Assembly: GCA_036128515.1 (NCBI GenBank)
Contig: JAYYQG010000031.1
Span: forward strand, 1 to 58,161
Source: Chloroflexota bacterium
GTDB taxonomy: Bacteria; Chloroflexota; Dehalococcoidia; Lucifugimonadales; Lucifugimonadaceae
Length of the DNA: 58,161 nt
Direction of reading: 5' to 3'
Within the stretch, counting starts at the first letter, position 1. Each line of letters opens with the position of its first letter. Shown piece by piece: positions 53,249 to 58,161 of this stretch. A program made the position numbers and the translations under genes. The notes beneath the pieces are model-generated. The model saw only the letters and a program-made list of their open reading frames with translations, had not been told where the DNA came from and searched no databases.

Positions 53249-54115
53249 ATGGCTGACAGAAAAAAAATAACATTACCTGTTCTTAGAAACAGAAAGAAAA
53301 ATAATAAAAAGATTTCGTGGATAACTGCTTATGATTTTGCTACTGCAAGTTTTGCCGAGGAAGCAGGAATTGATATGATTTTGGTAGGTGATTCAGGTGG
53401 CATGACAATGATGGGCAAGCCTTCAACAATTTCTGTAACAATGGATGAAATGGTAATGTTTACTTCTTCAGTATTGAGAGGGGTCAAAACATGCTTTGTT
53501 GTTGCAGATATGCCTTTCATGTCTTATCAGGTAAGCAATGAAGAGGCAGTTAAAAATGCTGGAAGATTGATGTCTCTAGGAAGCGATGCTGTAAAGTTAG
53601 AAGGCGGAAAAGAAATGGCTACTAGAATACAAGCAATTACAGATGCCGGAATTCCCGTTGTTTCTCATCTAGGATTAACTCCACAAAGTTTATCTCAGCT
53701 AGGTGGCTATAGAGTGCAGGGCAGAAGTTTAACATCATTTAAGAATTTACTAAATGATATATTAGCTGTAGAAAAAGCTGGTGCAGCTTTCCATTTGCTA
53801 GAATGCGTCCCTGAAGAGGTAACTGCAGAAATTTATAGACATGTAAAAAACCCTCTTTATGGAATTGGTTCTGGCAGAAATGTTGACGGACAATTAGTTA
53901 TATCCCATGATATGCTCGGGCTCTTTGTGGGAGACGTAGACCCTAAATTTGTTAAAAAATATGCAAATCTTTCTAAAATAATTAAAGATACTTTTACTAG
54001 CTATATTGATGACATAAACAATAACGAGTTCCCCAAAGAAGAACATTTATATTCAATTGACGGAGAAGATCTTAAAAAAATACAAGATTATAGTACTAAC
54101 TTCAAAGATAATTGA
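53249..54115 (+). CDS. panB: 3-methyl-2-oxobutanoate hydroxymethyltransferase
   Basis: ITAYDFATASFAEEAGIDMILVGDSGGM, VVADMPF, AVKLEGG and GHLGLTPQS. I chose ATG 53249 over GTG 53243 because the AGGAG Shine-Dalgarno sequence (53239..53243) overlaps the GTG. Confidence 0.93.
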   Translation: MADRKKITLPVLRNRKKNNKKISWITAYDFATASFAEEAGIDMILVGDSGGMTMMGKPSTISVTMDEMVMFTSSVLRGVKTCFVVADMPFMSYQVSNEEAVKNAGRLMSLGSDAVKLEGGKEMATRIQAITDAGIPVVSHLGLTPQSLSQLGGYRVQGRSLTSFKNLLNDILAVEKAGAAFHLLECVPEEVTAEIYRHVKNPLYGIGSGRNVDGQLVISHDMLGLFVGDVDPKFVKKYANLSKIIKDTFTSYIDDINNNEFPKEEHLYSIDGEDLKKIQDYSTNFKDN

Positions 54116-54468
54116 ATTTCAACTTTTCAAATCCAATTAGGGTAAATGAGCTTTTTAGGCCAATTCTTCAAGAATTATCTTTTGAGGAAAATATAAATTT
54201 AGAAAAATTAAAAATTAAGGTCATTGAAAATATAATTAATATGAGTAAAGATCAATATGAATTAAAAAATGATATTGATTTAACTGATCAGATTAATAAT
54301 AAAATCGAAGAATCTTTAAATTTGTTATTTATGAATAATTTAATTAGTCAAAAAAATAAATTTTATTCGTTATCAGAAAAAACCAAAATACATATTCAAA
54401 GCATGGATCCAATCAAAATTAATGGATTTAGTGGGAATATTGAATATATAATGGATTTTCTTCCATAA
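54112..54468 (+). CDS. Hypothetical protein (118 aa)
   Basis: ORF only, with a TTG start overlapping the panB stop. I recognise no motif. Confidence 0.35.
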   Translation: MNFNFSNPIRVNELFRPILQELSFEENINLEKLKIKVIENIINMSKDQYELKNDIDLTDQINNKIEESLNLLFMNNLISQKNKFYSLSEKTKIHIQSMDPIKINGFSGNIEYIMDFLP

Positions 54469-54519
54469 CTATTTTAATAGATTAAAATACTCTTGTAGAA
54501 TACAAAAAATAACAATTTA

Positions 54520-54603
54520 GGGGGAGTGGTGAAATGGCAGACACGCATGCCTTAGGAGCATGTGCCGAAAGGCGTGAAGGTTCGACTCCTTTCTCCCCCA
54601 CCA
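54520..54603 (+). tRNA. tRNA-Leu (anticodon UAG), class II, CCA encoded
   Basis: Folded by hand. Acceptor GGGGGAG/CTCCCCC; anticodon stem CATGC/GCATG with loop CTTAGGA; variable arm GCC-GAAA-GGC; T arm GAAGG-TTCGACT-CCTTT. Confidence 0.92.
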
Positions 54604-54606
54604 ATT

Positions 54607-56433
54607 ATGAATAAAAACCAAGTAAGAAATTTTTCAATAATTGCCCACATTGATCATGGCAAGTCAACACTTGCAGATAGATTAATTGATATTTCTCAAG
54701 GAAAATCATTAGGTACAACAGAAGAACAACTTCTTGATACTATGGACCTTGAGAAAGAAAGAGGGATAACCATAAAGGCTCAGGCGATAAGATTGGGCTA
54801 CAATCATAATAATGAAGAATATCAACTTAATTTAATTGATACTCCGGGACATGTTGATTTTAATTATGAAGTTTCCAGGTCACTAGCAGCTTGTGAAGGT
54901 GCACTTCTTCTTGTTGATTGTACTCAAGGCATTCAAGCCCAAACTCTCGCAAATGTTTATTTAGCTATAAATGAAGATGTAACAATCATACCTGTATTGA
55001 ATAAAATAGATTCTCCTAATGCTCAAATTGAAAGAGTTACAAATGAAATAAATTCAATGCTAGGTTATTCGGAGAGTGAAATATTTAAAGTGTCAGCTAA
55101 AACCGGTGAAGGAGTAGAAGATTTGATAAAGGAAATTATCAAAACAATACCTCCACCTATCGGTGATGAGAAAAATTCATTACAAGCACTAGTTTTTGAC
55201 TCAAAATATGATCAATTTAAAGGCGTAATCTCTTATGTAAAAATTGTAAATGGAGAATTAAAAAAAGGAGAAAAAATTATTTCAATGGGATCTGGTAAAA
55301 CTTTTGAAGCACTGGAAACAGGAATTTTTTCACCAACACTTAAAGAAATGCAAAAACTGTCATTAGGAGAAGTTGGGTATATTGCCACTGGCTTAAAGAA
55401 TTTATCAGATTGCAGGGTAGGCGAAACAATAACATTAAAAGACGATCCTTCTCTTCAGCCATTAAAAGGCTACGAATCAGCAAAACCTATGGTTTATAGC
55501 GGCCTCTATCCAACTGATGGAGATGAATACCCTTTTCTTAGAGACGCATTAGGTAAACTGCAACTAAATGATGCTTCCTTCGTTTTTGAACCGGAAAGTT
55601 CAGGTGCATTAGGTTTTGGTTTTAGGTGTGGATTTTTAGGCCTATTACATATGGACATTATTCAAGAAAGGCTTGAAAGAGAATATGATATAGATTTAAT
55701 TGTTACTGCCCCAACAGTTAAATATACCGTTGAGACTTTATCTGGATCTAAAGTTGAAGTAGACGATCCATCAAAATGGCCAGAAGATGAAAAAATAAGT
55801 AAAGTTTTTGAGCCATTTGTAGATATGTCCATTGTGTGCCCATCAAGTTTCATTGGTCCAGTAATTGATCTAGTTGTTAAAAAAAGAGGTGAATATAAAA
55901 AAATGGATTGGCTTCAAGGGGCTGAAGATAAAACTGATAAATTATCACAAAGAGTATTATTAGAATTCAATATGCCATTGGCAGAAATTCTAACTGATTT
56001 TCATAGTCAGCTTAAGTCTGCAACTAAAGGTTATGCGTCAATGGATTACAATATAACAGATCCAAAAGATGGAAAACTAGTTAAATTACAAGTTTTAGTT
56101 AATCAAGAAAAAGTCGATGCTCTTTCAATGATTGTTCATTCTGAAAATTCTCAAATAGTTGGCAGGCAATTGGTTTCAAAATTAAAAGAACTTATACCAA
56201 GACAAATGTTTGATATTCCAATTCAAGCAGCTGTTGGTAGCAAGATTATTTCAAGAGAGACCGTAAAAGCTCTGAGAAAAAATGTTACTGCAAAATGTTA
56301 TGGCGGAGACATATCAAGAAAGAGAAAGCTTTTACAAAAACAAGCTGAGGGAAAAAAGAGAATGAAAAGGCTTGGGTCAGTAGAGGTTCCCCAAGAAGCA
56401 TTCATGGCAGTGTTAAAAAATGAAGCAAAGTAG
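54607..56433 (+). CDS. lepA: Elongation factor 4 (LepA)
   Basis: VRNFSIIAHIDHGKSTLADR, DTPGHVDF, NKID and the C-terminal LepA domain ending in KRKLLQKQAEGKKRMK. I moved the start to ATG 54607 because the track ORF (54562) begins inside tRNA-Leu. Confidence 0.95.
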   Translation: MNKNQVRNFSIIAHIDHGKSTLADRLIDISQGKSLGTTEEQLLDTMDLEKERGITIKAQAIRLGYNHNNEEYQLNLIDTPGHVDFNYEVSRSLAACEGALLLVDCTQGIQAQTLANVYLAINEDVTIIPVLNKIDSPNAQIERVTNEINSMLGYSESEIFKVSAKTGEGVEDLIKEIIKTIPPPIGDEKNSLQALVFDSKYDQFKGVISYVKIVNGELKKGEKIISMGSGKTFEALETGIFSPTLKEMQKLSLGEVGYIATGLKNLSDCRVGETITLKDDPSLQPLKGYESAKPMVYSGLYPTDGDEYPFLRDALGKLQLNDASFVFEPESSGALGFGFRCGFLGLLHMDIIQERLEREYDIDLIVTAPTVKYTVETLSGSKVEVDDPSKWPEDEKISKVFEPFVDMSIVCPSSFIGPVIDLVVKKRGEYKKMDWLQGAEDKTDKLSQRVLLEFNMPLAEILTDFHSQLKSATKGYASMDYNITDPKDGKLVKLQVLVNQEKVDALSMIVHSENSQIVGRQLVSKLKELIPRQMFDIPIQAAVGSKIISRETVKALRKNVTAKCYGGDISRKRKLLQKQAEGKKRMKRLGSVEVPQEAFMAVLKNEAK

Positions 56434-57211
56434 AAAGAAGCCTAAATTAGGCCAACACTTTTTAAAAGATGAAAATGTTAAAAAACGTATTTTAGACACT
56501 GTGAAAAATTTGAAAGTCAAAAATATTATTGAGATTGGTCCAGGTGAAGGCTCGATAACTGACAGCCTCATTGATATTAGTAATAATTACTTAGGAATAG
56601 AACTTGACCAATTTTTATTCAATAAATTGTCACAGAAATATAAGAAAAATTTTAATGTAAATTTTAGAAATGAGGATGCCGCTTTATTTGATACTGAACA
56701 ACTAAAATCTGTTTTTGAAGGGCAATATCTCCTGGTAGGAAACTTGCCTTATTATTCATCAAATAAAATTGTAAGAAATTTTATATCCTCTAAGTTTAAG
56801 CCAAAAAATTTAATTGTAATGGTTCAAAAAGAAGTAGCAGATAGTTATTTATGTAAACCGCCTAAAATGAAATTTTTATCGAATTGTATTCAGATTTATT
56901 CAAATCCTGAATTGATACTTAATGTTGATCCTGAATCCTTTGAGCCAATGCCAAATGTAAAATCTTCAGTGATCAACTTAATTTTAAAGCCAGTAAAAAA
57001 TATACCTAAAACCCCTGAAAAAGTAATAAGTACAATAAAAATTGGTTTTGACTCACCTAGAAAAAAAATTAGAAATTCTTTTACAGGAATAGAAAGAGAT
57101 AAAATTGAAAAGATATTACTTGATTTAAATCTTGATTTAAATCTGAGGCCAGGAAATTTAACTTTAAAAAATTGGGAACAAATTCACAATAGTATTAATA
57201 ATGAAAATTAA
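56420..57211 (+). CDS. rsmA: 16S rRNA (adenine1518/1519-N6)-dimethyltransferase
   Basis: LGQHFL, EIGPGEGSIT and GNLPYYSS motifs. Confidence 0.9.
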   Translation: MKQSRKKPKLGQHFLKDENVKKRILDTVKNLKVKNIIEIGPGEGSITDSLIDISNNYLGIELDQFLFNKLSQKYKKNFNVNFRNEDAALFDTEQLKSVFEGQYLLVGNLPYYSSNKIVRNFISSKFKPKNLIVMVQKEVADSYLCKPPKMKFLSNCIQIYSNPELILNVDPESFEPMPNVKSSVINLILKPVKNIPKTPEKVISTIKIGFDSPRKKIRNSFTGIERDKIEKILLDLNLDLNLRPGNLTLKNWEQIHNSINNEN

Positions 57212-58019
57212 ATCTTACGCAAAATTAAATTTGACGCTTGAAATATTAGGAAGAAACTCATCTAATATGCATGAAATTTCTGGAATTTTTCAGAATATTA
57301 ATTTATTCGATGAAATTGAAATTTTAGAGTCAAATTTTGATAGTGTAAATACATTTAATTTCGACATAATTCAAGAAGATAATTTAGCTTTTAAAGCTTT
57401 AAAGTTAATGAAAAAAGAATTAAGTATTAATAATTTTTTCAAAGTAAATATACATAAAAATATACCTTTAAGTTCTGGGTTAGGTGGAGGTTCGTCAAAT
57501 GCTGCAGCAATTATTTTTGCCTTAAATAGAATGATGAATCTGAACTTAACTATTTCTGATATGGTTTCAATTTCAAAAATGTTAGGTAGCGACATACCTT
57601 TTTTCTTTACTGGGGGAACTTGCTATGTAACTGGTGTTGGCGAAAAAGTAGAAAAATTAAATAGAATTTTTATCGATAAGATAAATCTCAATACAATTAA
57701 TTTAGATATAAGAAACAAAACAAAGAAAATGTATGGATTTATCCAACAAAAAAATTTTTCAAATGGGGATAAAACTGATGAATTAAAAAAGTTAATTATG
57801 TCATCAAGTAAGATATTGCCATCTCACCTTTATAACGTTTTTTTTGATATTGCTAAATTAAAATTTAAAGAAGTAAGCATCCAATCACTTAAAATGACAG
57901 AATTATTTAATAATTGTGCGCTTTCGGGTGCTGGAATGACTTTATTCTCTATTTCAGAAAATAATATTAATTTTAAAAAATACAAAGCTGTTGATATGGG
58001 TCTTGAAATTGCTATTTAG
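57201..58019 (+). CDS. ispE: 4-diphosphocytidyl-2-C-methyl-D-erythritol kinase
   Basis: AKLNLTLEILG and the GHMP kinase motif PLSSGLGGGSSNAAA. Confidence 0.85.
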   Translation: MKIKSYAKLNLTLEILGRNSSNMHEISGIFQNINLFDEIEILESNFDSVNTFNFDIIQEDNLAFKALKLMKKELSINNFFKVNIHKNIPLSSGLGGGSSNAAAIIFALNRMMNLNLTISDMVSISKMLGSDIPFFFTGGTCYVTGVGEKVEKLNRIFIDKINLNTINLDIRNKTKKMYGFIQQKNFSNGDKTDELKKLIMSSSKILPSHLYNVFFDIAKLKFKEVSIQSLKMTELFNNCALSGAGMTLFSISENNINFKKYKAVDMGLEIAI

Positions 58020-58161
58020 TGCGCTAATTCTATCTATATTCTTTTCATCTGTTTTAGCTGGGTACTTAGCAATAATTTTAACTAAAAATTCTTCATACAT
58101 ATTTCATATACTTATGAAAAGAAAGATATCACCAGTAACTTTTTATTTATGGTCAGTACTT

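Noticed and set aside
54562-54606. The N-terminal 15 codons of the track ORF 54562..56433 (MPKGVKVRLLSPPPI).
   Set aside because: They lie inside tRNA-Leu (54520..54603). The conserved LepA N-terminus starts at ATG 54607.
57119-57142. A direct 12-nt duplication, cttgatttaaat x2, near the end of rsmA.
   Set aside because: It is in frame (LDLNLDLN) inside the coding sequence and has only two copies. It is most simply a small slippage duplication with no separate function.
58114-58161. A possible start of another membrane-protein gene (ATG 58114, MKRKISPVTFYLWSVL...), or a longer TTG-initiated frame from about 57991, at the right edge of the window.
   Set aside because: Only 16 codons are visible and the start is ambiguous. 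This is too little sequence to call.

Overview
This is a strongly AT-rich, very gene-dense bacterial chromosomal segment. I count about 70 protein-coding genes and 3 tRNAs. I found no rRNA, CRISPR array, transposase, integrase or prophage genes.

Most of the content is housekeeping:
- Translation and tRNA modification: rpsP, rpsU, gltX, lepA, rsmA, rsfS, dtd, miaB, mnmA, tsaB, tsaE, rluD, trhO.
- Cofactor synthesis: nadA, nadC, coaE, thiE, thiL, panB, ispE and a fused moaD-moaE.
- Nitrogen, carbon and energy: amt, ppc, a membrane pyrophosphatase and ndk.

The segment from about 39 to 53 kb looks more accessory. It holds three enolase-superfamily dehydratase/racemase paralogues, MFS transporters, a cupin, a hydrolase, a ribokinase-type kinase, an SMP-30 lactonase and many small hypothetical membrane proteins.

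Four genes are missing from or mis-started in the ORF track:
- rpsP runs off the left edge.
- rpsU (59 aa) is below the track's size cut-off.
- The track ORFs for miaB and lepA start inside tRNA genes.

The candidate I rank highest for an undescribed system is the tightly coupled unit coaE - cbbQ/norQ-type AAA+ ATPase - CoA-pyrophosphatase-type Nudix - 1082-aa NorD/CbbO-like VWA protein (12.2-17.5 kb). None of the known clients (Rubisco, NO reductase) is in the window.

Other points worth a second look:
- A miaB whose radical-SAM CxxxCxxC motif reads FxxxCxxC.
- Two tRNA genes whose CCA ends lie 3-5 nt from the start codons of miaB and lepA.
- A recurring '-10 hexamer, 6 nt, ATG' geometry that suggests leaderless mRNAs.
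- A bacterial translin-family gene.
- A symmetric array of CG-containing half-sites upstream of amt.
- An S16 protein with an (EEAPV)n tail.
- Convergent genes that almost always abut or overlap, which leaves no room for terminators.

All functional calls come from reading motifs by eye. No database search was run.
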